DNA of 64,000 nt, taken from NCBI GenBank assembly GCA_964106915.2, contig OZ066920.1; one strand, given 5' to 3'. The translations under genes and the position numbers were made by a program. Below the pieces are notes generated by a model that made no database searches, was not told the origin of the DNA, and saw nothing but the letters and a program-made list of their open reading frames with translations. This document shows positions 35,598 through 47,700 of this stretch, piece after piece (position 1 is the stretch's first letter; every line of letters begins with the position of its first letter). This DNA is from Podarcis gaigeae (Eukaryota).

Positions 35598-36050
35598 TCT
35601 GGGGCATTATACTTTAGAAAAAAGATGTCTAAAGTGGGAAAGTTTTGAGAGGCTTATAAAATCATGGATAGTGTGCAGAAAGTGGAGAGAGATGTTTTCG
35701 TCTCTTTCCTAGTACTAGAACATGAAGCCATTCAATGAAATTGAATGGAAATAGGACAGCCATACATAACACATAATTAGCTCATAGAATTTGCAGCCCC
35801 AATATGAGGTGATGGCCACTCATTCTGGATAACTTTAAAATGGAGTATTTAGACAAATTCTTGATAGCTAAATGCAACTGCCCAATTCTAAAGCAAGGTG
35901 CTCCTGGATACTAGCTGCTGATGGGAAAACAACAGGGACAAACTCTTCCCTCCATGGCCTACTTGCGAGATTCATGGAAACGTGAGGTAGGCTGCAAGGG
36001 GAAACGGGGTGCCTGACTTTTGTCTAAATCTAGCAGGGCCATTCTATACC
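35598..36050 (+). mobile_element. Old CR1 fragment
   Basis: ...TTTAGAAAAAAGATGTCTAA...TATAAAATCATGGATAGTGTGCAGAAAGTGGAGAGAGA...AATGAAATTGAATGG resembles the CR1 ORF2 end. Confidence 0.6.
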
Positions 36051-37330
36051 AGTCAGCTTCTCTATTGGTTCTGTCTTACAAATTTGATTCAAATTCCATA
36101 GGGGAGCCATGTTAAATCTCTTGCAGTAAAACAGTAGCAGAGGAAAATGATATTTTTGTTAGCTTTCTGGCACAAGCTCTTGTGGACTGCAGCCGTTGTC
36201 AGATACATGAAGAGTTCTCCTTAAGAAGTAGGCGCATTTAGCTACATAGGTAAAGGGAGGAAAATGTGTAAAAAATGGGAATAAAGGGCCCTGAAACATC
36301 TGATTTCTAAGTGAAGTCTAATGTATGCAAGTTTTCATCTTGTGTAAGTTTAGGGTCTGCATATACGGTATTTGTAAACACTTCATTTAAGTCTTTAAAG
36401 GACGTTGTTTATGTTGCTTCTGTCAATGGTTTTTTTACAAGGAGAGCTAGACTAACTATGCTTTGTTAGGAAATTATAATAACATTTGAATATGTGTCGA
36501 GTCACCATGCGTTTTATTGGTGCAATATCCCAAAGTGGTTTATTTTGGTGTGCACTTCCTAGTGTCAATATGCTAATTTTCACAGTATTGAAATATACCA
36601 GCAATGTTTTGATGGAAACAGATAAACTGTGTGGGCATGTCATGTCACAATTTTCTTCTACCTAACATACACCCTAGACTAAAATGTGCAAGTAATTTTA
36701 CAGTTTCCTGTTCAGTTCCCATCTACCTTCTAGTGACTTGTAACATTATCAAATACAATAAATAGTTATGATAGTTCAATGATTACTGACAATCTCACTA
36801 CGTAGACACTTTCAGTTTATAAAAAAATTCATTCAATGTAAACAAGCATATGAAAAAATACTTCTGAAATGACTTTGCAGCATATGCTTTATTTGTCAGT
36901 ATGGAGTGAAAACTGCACAGTAAAACCCCTTAGCATACCTTATCCATTCAGTGATTTTTCTGTTGCTGAGAAATTGCATTTTCTAAACCATGTAATGCAA
37001 ATTAAATTGCAACACTTAAATGTTCATGCTACACTGTCCTCCACTAAATAGCCGGTGTTCACCAATAGCAATAATTTAAGAAAAGCCCCTTTTTTTCAAG
37101 CTCATTATATATATGTTTTATCATAATTAGGAACTTTAAAAACACATCCTGGACATAAAAACGAGAATTTGCATATGTTAACATTTCTGTATACCTGAAA
37201 CACTGGAAGGAAATACTAGGTAGAAGTCAGATGGTTTACATTTAAACGTCCGTTTAGGGTGATCTTTTTCTTTTGCTTCCTACAACATGCTTCCCCCTAT
37301 TTTGTCTTTAAATGTTTCCAAGAAATCAAA

Positions 37331-37744
37331 GGCTGGGTTCAAATGAAATGCAAAACCATGATTAATGGTATTCACCGTTTAAAAAAAATCACACCATGGT
37401 TTTGACCTTTCCAATGTACAACAGTAATACAACAGTTTAAAGCTGCTTGTCCTTTCCCAGCTGGCCAAGACTCAAGCTTCTTAAATTCATTCTAATTTCC
37501 ATGGTGCAGCAGCCTCTTAAAGCAGAGCAATGGCCCTAACTGTGGTTTGTCAATGGTCTGTGAATTCAGACATAACAGCAAACCACAGTCGGCGCGCACT
37601 GTGGTTTGTAAACCAGCTCTAAACTGTGGCTTCAGGTGCGAGTTCGTCAGCTCTCAACCAACCATTGTTTTTGGAGAGGCTTGAGTTCAGATATTAAAAC
37701 AAACGATAATTTGTTTTGCCAAACATACTATATTTGAACAAGCC
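37331..37744. mobile_element. PIF/Harbinger-like MITE in the probable PIEZO2 3' UTR
   Basis: Termini GGCTGGGTTCAAAT / ATTTGAACAAGCC flanked by AAA on both sides; internal repeated AAACCAC/TGTGGTTT motifs. Confidence 0.5.
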
Positions 37745-38479
37745 AAAGGCATCATAAAGTTCAACTGGCTTATTTAAAAAAATACCTGGCTACTTGGGAG
37801 CAATTGGCCCAGCAAAATATTACAACGCTTCATAATCATTATTCGCTAGTTAAACTTTTGACAGTTTTTATTTTCCTGAGTAAAGTCACTGATGTTTTCA
37901 ATGCCTCCTGTTAATTGTTCAAATAAAATAAGGCAGTTAAAGATAATGTCAGTGAAGTTTTTTTCCTTCCAGAAGTACATCTGCAGATCTGGTTTTCTAG
38001 AAATGCACATAACAAAGTTGCCTTCAGCACCCTCTGTAATCCATTGTCTTGGATTTTCTAACGACTCCTCAGATCACTGCTGCCCCTTGAAAGTGATGCA
38101 AAACAGCATATTGCATACCACTCCAGAATAAGTGAGGATCTGATTAATTCAGCTGTGATATCCTTCTTTTTCCCTTGAGAATGAGAGCTGAAGTCCAAGT
38201 CAGACATGGATGCAGAATATTTTGTTCACTAAAATGAAAAGCAGATTTCTCTGATGTTAGAGGAGTTGTATTTGAAAACAAAGGCTAGCTTTCTTCATCT
38301 TTGATTTGAAAGGCAGCATATATTTCTAGGGAGCCAAATGGACTCCACAAACAGAAAATTCATTGCTACCTAATTATAAAAGGCTTCCCTCTTAAGAGAA
38401 TGTTGTGCTTTGTTTTGTTTTTTTAAAAAATGACAACCAGTTGAAGTCATCTTGAATTATAATGCAAATCCCGAAAAGA

Positions 38480-38732
38480 TCAATTTGTTTTTTCTCTAGT
38501 CCATTTGATCATAGTCTCTGGGGAGCGGTACAGGAATATTAATTTGGCATATAAATCTTCTTCCAATTCCAGTTCACCAGTCTCCCGCACTAAGAAGATG
38601 TCGGTGCACAATTTGAGGATGCGATCTACATTGGGAAGCTCTTCAAACATTATGGAGTGGGAAATCCCACTGAAGAACTCACGGACAAATTTCCCTATTA
38701 CCAGGACAACTGAAGCATATAATCCCATGATG
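38480..38732 (-). CDS. PIEZO2: PIEZO2 last coding exon, inner helix and CTD ([20 protein letters not shown]...WTREKTN*)
   Basis: ttgcag acceptor; stop at 38480-38482; ORF 38480..38743. Confidence 0.97.
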
Positions 38733-41700
38733 CTGCAAAACAAAGGGGGGAAAGGTAATAATATTTTAAAATGTGAAAAGATTTAAAATGTAATCACAGA
38801 ATTATGAAATGTGGATACTGAGAAGAAAGTAAAACATAAAAATACAGCCAATTTATAATTCACTTTCATTTTAATAGATTAATTCATCCAAATTACTTTT
38901 CTTTCCTACCTCACCAAAAAGAAATGTCCCTGTCCTGAGGGAAGTATACAACATAAAGAAAGACTTAGGAAAGAGATGGAAAGACAGAGGCACAAGTAAC
39001 AGGGAAAGAATATGCAAGTACTATGACACATGCTTGAATGTAGTTTCTGTAAAGGTAAGGATAGAAGACTTATGCCAGATGTTTACAAAGTCATTAAAAT
39101 CTAGGATTGTGGTAGCCTGCCTGTATCAACATGGTTTCGTCAAATGAAGGCTTAGCAAGCTGAATGATTAGGAGTAGGGCTGGGCAATATTAGGATTTCA
39201 ACATCACAATGTATCACCATCCAAACATTGTGGTTTGGCGATACACCGTGATGTTGAAACAAGTTGTTTTGGCCCAAGCTGGCAAGGCATGGGTTGAAAC
39301 TGCCTCAGCTCTCACTGCGGGAGCTGAGGTGCTTTTACCCCAGTGCCTTGCAGGCCAGGGCCAAGGTGCCTGCTGCTCAGCTGGGAGGCAAAAAAGCTCC
39401 CACCCTCCAGCTGAGCAAGCCCCACTGTCTCCATTGAGGGACAGGCAGCTGCCTGCCCCTGAATGGAGAAGTTTAAAGGTGCCACCAGTTCACACAAGCC
39501 AGAGGCTCCATTACACCTGAGGGAGTTGTCTTTGCTGCGCTGAGGCGGGTGAGCTACTTCTTTCTCCCTGGAAAGAGGCCGCTCGCCCTCCCCTCACTGT
39601 CCAAAGATGAAAGAGGCACTGCTGACTGAGCTGGACAGGCTCCATTTGCAGTGCTTTCTCTGCCAGCGCAGGCAGTGGGCGAGAAAGAGGCAATGTTAGA
39701 CTTCATCTGGGCAGTGTGAAGCCTCCTGCTCCCCAGCATACAAGCAGGAGAAGGATCAGGGCTCCCTCAGCTGGTGAGTGGGAGCACTTTAACAGAGCCC
39801 CCACCCTGCTGCTGGCTCAGGGGCTCCGTAAAACTGCTTGGCTGAGGCAAGGACAGCCGCCCGCTCCTCAGCCAGGCAGCTGAAAGAAGTGGAGGGACGA
39901 ACAAGCTGTACTGCAGTTTCACTCAGCTGCATCTTGTTTTGTCCCTTGGCGTGCTGGAGGCAGAGGGACTCACTGGCAGTTTCACCCACAATATACCGCC
40001 AAGTGAAGCAATCAGCATGGTCTGCCCCTCATTCTGGCAGATATAATGATACCCAGTGCTTTTTTTTCTACACCAAAAAGTGCCGGAAAGCACCACCCTC
40101 AGAAGACCCACCCTAGAGCCCATCTTCCGGCAGGAGGAGGGGGAGAGCTCCTCGCGAGGCAAGGGCAGCCCAAGCCACCTCTTCCTCCCAGGAGTTAGAG
40201 GTCACCATGTGCAAAGGTGGCTTCTTTAAACTGCTTCTCTGCAAAACCCCTCACATGATATTTGTAGAAGATGGTTGCTTACCCATAGCCTGCCAAGAAT
40301 CCCAGGCTAGGAGGGCTAACTTTGTCACTGAACACAATAAGTTCCAGACTTGTATTTCCTGCTCCTAGAGTTTTTTTAGTCTGGTTTAGAACCCACCACT
40401 CAGTTTCATTATTCCTGGACAGTGAAACAGTGATGTCTTCATTTTTTCCATCTACAAAAACCAAACAAACCATTTTGTCAGTATCTTATGTGCAAATTAT
40501 CTTAATTTCAGCTGTTATCTGAGGAATTTTGCTTCAGCTCCTGTACCCACCCTATTCAGGCAGTCATGCAATCTAGACAATAAAGTGTCTGAATCAGGGT
40601 GCATTATGAAATAATATTCCTGTTAGAAATGAGCAGTGGATCACTCCATACCTGTCAAGAGCTGCTTTATGGGTTTTGCAACAGAATCACTAGGTGCCTT
40701 GATATAGCGTGGATACACTTCATGCAGTATTCTGCAAAAGAAAAATAAATTGAGGGAAATACCAATACAAGGTCATTTGAAATTTGCCTTGGATATAAGT
40801 TTTACAACATGAAAGTCCTAAACAACAAGACCACAGTCAAACCTGGGAATTACTCTTCATGGCACTGGATTCTAATACAGAGCTTTCCAAACTTTTCAAG
40901 TTGGTGTTTGTAGACATGCATTATTTCACAACACAGTAATTCAGTTTTACTAGCAAACTGAAGGTTAACCTAACCCCTTTCCAGCCCCAGGAGAAGTGTT
41001 CACATGGCACACCAACACACTAGTGTGTCGCAAGACAGTTTGGAAAGCTCTGTTTTAATGGAATTTACAGTATTTTTCTGTCAGTAGCTAGCCCTGCCTC
41101 CACTAAATATTCTCCACTTAGGGTAGAATGAGGGCCACATGAGAGCTTCAGGTTGCATCTTATTGTATGCATTTCTCAGCATCTCCCTTCCTTTCTACTT
41201 TTGCCTCTCTCCCCTTCAGCACCTCATCAGGTGCCTCTGACCTGCAATAATTCAGCCTTTCTCCAATAGCTAATTGCCAAAGCTGACAACATCAACATCT
41301 TCGTTTGGTAGCGCATGTCCATGCACACAGCAGATGGTAGATAGGACTCCTCCCCACTTCATTATAAGAAAGTGCAGAAGGATAAATATAGTTAAATGAG
41401 GTGATCTTACTGAAAATTGAAATAACTACAAAATGCCACTTTGGAAATAAGGCAACAGTTTCAACACATTTTTACAGGAATTGCAATATTGCAATTTTCT
41501 TTGCCCAAGTCAGTAATTTGTAGCTCTGCTTATAAGAAAAACCGACATATTAATAAACATAGAAAATGACTTACACAGGTGCAGGTTGCATTTGGTTGTC
41601 CATCATTTTAGCAATAAGTTTTCTTGCTTGCTTTCGTAGGTTGTGACTCTGTTTATCAGATGCTATTTCTGCTTTTGCTCCAAGGGAGAGGTTTCTTTAA

Positions 41701-44700
41701 GAAAATGTGTGAACAAGAGTAAGACGGTGCAACAGTTCATGAATGTACAATTGCTCTGACTTTGCTGTATTCAAAATGCCATTCTCACTGGGTGATACAC
41801 TATGTTATATTTCTTTGAGAACTAGGAATGAAGGCCAAGATCCAATTCTGGCAGACCCCCAATACTGCAACAGACAGGAATATGGAGGGCAGGATTCATT
41901 ACTCATAGGGAACTTTCTTTCTTTTCATTGTAGGGAATTGCAGGAATTGCTGGCCAAACAGCCACAAGGCATCTGCACCTCCTTTTAAAAAACAAGGTAG
42001 ACACAGAGGCAGTCTTAACACGTGAGATCTGTATGAGGTATGAATGGAGGATCTAGCAATGTGCAGATTCAAGAGCAGAAACAAATCCAATCCGTACATT
42101 GGTCAGGATAGTTCAGATTGGGTGAATCCGCATTAGATTTGCTTTTGGGCAAATTACCGCTCCATGACCATTGGCAACTCAATCCTATAATATTAATATA
42201 ATGATAATGAGTTATTATTTATACTCTGCCCATCTGGCTGGGTTTCCCCAGCCAGTCTGGGCAGCTCCCAACCGAAAAAAACACAATACAGCATTAAACA
42301 TTAAAAACTTTCCTAAACAGGGCTGCCTTTAGATGTCTTTTAAAAGTAAGGTAGTTGCTTATTGCCTTGACATCTGATGGGAGGGCATTCCACAGCGCAG
42401 GCGCCACTACCAAGAAGGCCCTCTGCCTGGGTCCCTGTAACCTCACTTCTCACAGTGAGGAAACCGCCAGAAGGCCCTTGGCACTGGACCTCAGTGTCCG
42501 GGCTGGACAATGAGGGTAGAGATGCTCCTTCAGGTACACTGGACCCGTAACTGCAATGGTTCAAAAATAATTGCCCTGCCCCCGTTGAAGCAACATCTAC
42601 ATCCAAGTACTATCAGAAAACCCAACTGTCCTTTATTTGATGCTAATAATTTTGCTGCACCTAGAATGTCATGATGGGAGGCGTTTGTCCTTGCTTCTTT
42701 CCATTTTCTAAGAGATGACAAACAAGTGATCCGGATTTACCACAATTGTACCAGAATGTATGTGTTCTGCAGGGAGCTCATGGATTTGGCAGGGGGGCTT
42801 TTAGCTGGCTCCTAGTGCCAGGGAACCTTAGAGGGATCCCTAAACGATGATATGTAGGGATTGTGTCAGTCACTAGACAAACAACAATAACACAATATTT
42901 TAGCAATGAAGCCATACCTTTGAATACTCCATGAAATAACTACAGAAAATTCAGCATTCTCTGCATTGAGCTCATCAATCATTTTTTTCCTGCTGGGAGG
43001 GCTGATAGTCCATAAGGAATTTGAATTGCCTTCTAGCTGTGCAACTGTTATATCTTCATTACCATAGTTTTCTAGAAACTGTAGAGCAGCCTAAAAAAGA
43101 AAAGGAGGAAGATGAAGCTTTTATCCCTTTGCCTTCAAATTCTTTTTGGTACTTGTTGCTGGTATCATTCTTCAGTAGCCCACAAAAAGATGGAGGGAGA
43201 GGCAGTTTGGAGAAAATATTATGTACTATGACTAGGGCAATAGCTGAATGCAAGGGGAAGTGCTGAATCAGCAAACTTCACCCAGGAAGAGCAAACAACT
43301 GCAACACATTTTTGTCAGTGCAGCATCCTAAAGCATGACATGCTTTATGCCATGACAAAGATTCTGGTATTACAGGCAGATGGAAATAACTCTACAGTCA
43401 ATGGCAGTGCTTTCCACCCAATATTTTGCCATTACAAAGTATGAAAATTCTATTAATCATAAAATCAGTTGGAAATATGACATGGAGAATCTACCTCACA
43501 GAACGCTCATAAAGAATGTCTCAGTTCTTGTCGCTTTAAAACTACAACTACAGTTGCTATGAACTACAGCCTTCACTGTGTTTATTTGTTTGTTTCAAAG
43601 CACTTCTAAATCACTTGATACCTTAAAAGTTCAGCAGGCACTTAAAAGAAATAAAATTACTTACTGTATTAGAGCGAAAACTCTTTAGGAAACTGCTATA
43701 TTCCGTTGATGTCATATTTTTTAGTTGACTCTGCTGAGCACTCATAGTAAAAATAGGCTGGAGAGTAAGAACACAGAGTTTAATAACAGAATCAGGATAT
43801 ATATTTTTTTTAAAAAAAGAATCAAAATTCAAGGCATTTATCGAGGCAGCCAACCTTCTCTGAACCAGCTATGTCCTTAGGGCTGGTCCAGATTGTGGAG
43901 CTCACAGAACACTGATTTTACACACAATGCAGGAACTGGGAGAATTCCTCAGTGCCAGGAAAAATATACAAGGTGGGCATCCCACACTCACTATTATTTC
44001 ACATAAATCACATATCTTGCCTTCTAGGAGGGCTAAGAGACTTGGCTGTTTGTTTTTTTAAATGAAAAAACCCAGGGGCAGCAGTAAGGGCCTTCACAGC
44101 CATGGGCACTGGGCTGGCAACTCCTGACATACATTTATATAAGGAACGTTTAGTATTTAAAGGAAACAGATGAAGGGAAAGATGACATTTTAGTTTCTTG
44201 TTCGTACCTGATAACCTCCTAAAGTTATTGTAATGGATACATCAAGAGGTTTATTTGTGACGCCTGCAACAGATTTAATTAGAGACATGAAGAGCAGAGG
44301 GAACCAAACGATGCAAATCAGCAAGACGATAATCATGCCACCCATTCCATATTTCACAACCTTCTTCTTCTTCTGGCCCCTTGGCTGTGGATATCGCTGT
44401 AATTAGCAATATAAAACATTAGGAGACTATATTGCGCTTTTCTAGAATTTTTAAACATTATTTTACTTTTGGATTTTATGTGCAATCTTCTAAACTCAGA
44501 ACCTTATTTCAGTATTTTTTAAATATATATATATGCTATATGTTACAAGCATCTCCCAAAATTTAGTGTATACTTATTTTAGCCATATATATACTTCATA
44601 TTTCAAGGAGCCATAAGCCCCTGTCTTGCCATCCATAGTTAATCATTTAAATGTTATTAGAAGGCTGCAGCTTGCAGATAGGTTGGTCACCCTTAAGAAA

Positions 44701-47700
44701 ACCATTATCATCCAAGGATGGGGGCAGACAGTGAGCTGGAAACATCTTAAACCAAGTACCTAGTATAATAGCATAAGGCTTGTTTTGCATAGGATAGGAA
44801 TGAGTTTGATGTAAAAAGCCCTTTGCAGTTCCTTGTCTTAATCTATCTGGGTAGATTTCTAGCCAGTTTTTGTGTGCTCTTCCTTCAGTGATTGCTTTGG
44901 CTCTTACTTTCAGAATCACTTCAGCATATGGCAGCCACAGGAAACAACCATTTGTGCATCCTGAATATATTCCGCCATGCAGTGAATTCAGCTTTTGGCA
45001 TTCCACCCACATGTTGGAGTCTGCAGTGGCATGCTAAAGTCTAAGGTAGTACAGGGCAATGGTAGTATATTTCTAGTTCAGCATGTACCAATATCTGCTA
45101 ACATTCAACACAGGCTGTTTTTTGGGCATCAAGCCCAGAAGCAGTTGTGAGAAAAGGCCTTGAGACAGTCCCTGGGTCTATCAGTTGAGGAAGAGGAGTT
45201 ATTAAATTAGACACCATAACTCATAAAAAGGTGATGGTGAGGTTACTGTAATCTTAAAAAAAAAAAACAGTGAAAAGGAAATAAACTGGACATACAGGAA
45301 TTTACAGTATTGGCCTATACTGGCTCAAAAAAGCTAACAATGCATGCAAAATACTGATTGCATGCCAAAAATAATAAATTAGAGTTGCAAACTAATTCCT
45401 ACTGAAGTCAGTGGCAACATTTCAAATGCTTTTAATGGATCTGGAGTGCACCCATAGTTGAAATGTTGCAGTGGTCCATTTAGAAGCTATTTCCTGCAGT
45501 TCACATGAATTTATGTTGAACAGTTCTGCTTTTGGTTAAGAGTTCCTGCTTCAGGTAAGTAAATAAGGAACTTTTTGGACCATTGCATTTGAACCAGGTT
45601 CAGCTGTTATAACTTTTTATGCCCTGGTCCTAAATTCTTAGTTGTTTTTTTAAACTACTGTTAAATTTAAGACTTCTGAAAAGAGCTGAAATAACGTTTT
45701 CTGGGACCCTTCAGTTTTAATTCTTGTCAGGCTTTTAAAACATCTCTGGAATATGTCTATACAATTCAAGGTTTACATTTGCAGACACAATTGTGAAGGT
45801 ACCTGAAAGAAAATTAGATGAGCACAAAACTACTTGAAACACCATCAGTGTAAGAACATAAGATCCCTATTGGATCGTACTGGTACGATCACGAGAAGAA
45901 TGCCACCTTAAAATATTAGAATATATAGAATTTGTCAGCATGGCAAATAGATTGTATATAGATTATATGGAAAGATATTGCAATAAGAAAATAATCGTAA
46001 CAGGCTGACAAAAAATACTTAGCAGTAGAGGTTACAACGTGAGATAGTGTAAGTAAGGTAATGAAAACAACTTAGTATAGTAAGAAAACACAACTGAAAC
46101 GATAGCAGATAGGAAACCAGGGGAAGAATGGGAGTAAAGGTTAAGGTTTATAACAGTGAAAGAAATTGGAGAAATAAATTATGTTATCATTGATATTCAT
46201 ATATTATTTTTCTTTATTATCCTGTGTAATAAAGGACTGTAACACAGTATGCTTTGATGATATGATAAAACAAAAAAGCAAATAATTTTATTTTTCTTAA
46301 AGAAAATATCCCTATTGGATCAAACCCATCTAGTCCAACATCTAGTCCAACCCAAAATTTAGTTTATTCTTATAACTTTTCATAAGGGAGTTGCTCCAGT
46401 CCCGTAATCATTTTTGATTACCGTTTTCTGAATTTTTCCCACCTACACAATCTCTCTCATGAGATGTGGTGAATAGAACTGTGCAGAGCAATACTATCAT
46501 AGATTTGCATAAAGGCTTGATTTTCAGATATGAATTTTCTATCTTGTGCTTCTTCAAGATCTTACACTATGATCTATGCCCTCATAAAACATTTAATGAA
46601 AATAAACGGTTGTTTTTTTTAAAAAACTTACTTTTTCAGACTCTCGCCAGCACTTTAGGATGAATATATGAGCATAAATATCTTCAACACAGATCCAGCT
46701 AGAGAGACTTAATGTGGTATCTGTCCAAACCCAGTCCATTACTGCCCTCAGCTCAGTTAAGAATGGTACCAAGCGGAATCTAGACAAAGAGAAATAATCA
46801 CAGGTGAAGGTTCTGTTTTAACTGAAGAATATTAAATCAAGTATGTTGTAGCATTTAAGATTTCAGGTGATTTATGTGCTGATTTTTAATTGTTTTGGTT
46901 AACTTTTGGGAGTTCTAAAAGATTAGTTACATTTCTGATCATTCATGGTTCTAACCCAACATGACTAGTTGCTTTGACTGCACAAAGGAGATTTAAATGT
47001 TCCTGTCACTGCAGCAGCTCTGTGGTCACTGATGATGCACTGATGATTATCAAATCATACTGAATAACTCAAATATATGTATTAAAAGTTGTATGCCACT
47101 CCTGAAGACCCTATTTGGGGGTAAAGGCAGCTTGTGAATGTCACTATAGCTAAATAAATGTGTGACTGAAAAGAAATATCCATACTCACCCCTGAAATAA
47201 GAAGAGGTTTACATAATTGTAACTTTTTGTGAGGAAATTGCCAAGTACACGAGTTGGGTAGCCACAACGTATCTGATATGCCGATAAGCCAAAATAAACA
47301 CATTTCACAAAATACCAAAGTTGTGCAACAATATTTTGGCTAAATTTCCTGCAACATAAAATAGATGGGAGAAAATGAATATAGACACACATACTTTGAT
47401 CACATTTTAAAGGCAGTAGACTAAATCACTGCTAAATTAAAAGCATAATACTTTTTTAGAAAAACAAAACAAAAACCTAAACACGTACCTTTCTGTTACT
47501 CCAGGCAAGATAAAGAACATCCAAAAGTGTATACCAAAAACAAGTATGACCTGGAAGATGACTTTTCCCATGACAGTCTTTCTTAGATACAGTGCCCGAT
47601 CTACTACCATGGTTCCAAACTGAATTAGCACCATCACTAAGAATGCACTTGGCACTTGGTCCTCTGATAATGAAGAGGTGATATCTGCTGCTGCAGAGTG

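Larger units (their letters stand above)
34135..38479 (-). other. Probable long PIEZO2 3' UTR (distal end uncertain)
   Basis: AT-rich sequence after the stop with several minus-strand poly(A) hexamers (plus-strand TTTATT near 36888, 36513 and 35390; TTTAAT at 34157 followed on the minus strand by a U-rich tract). Confidence 0.35.

Noticed and set aside
39209-40162. Cluster of GC-rich ORFs in the last PIEZO2 intron
   Set aside because: No homology recognised; they lie within a probable non-autonomous DNA transposon.
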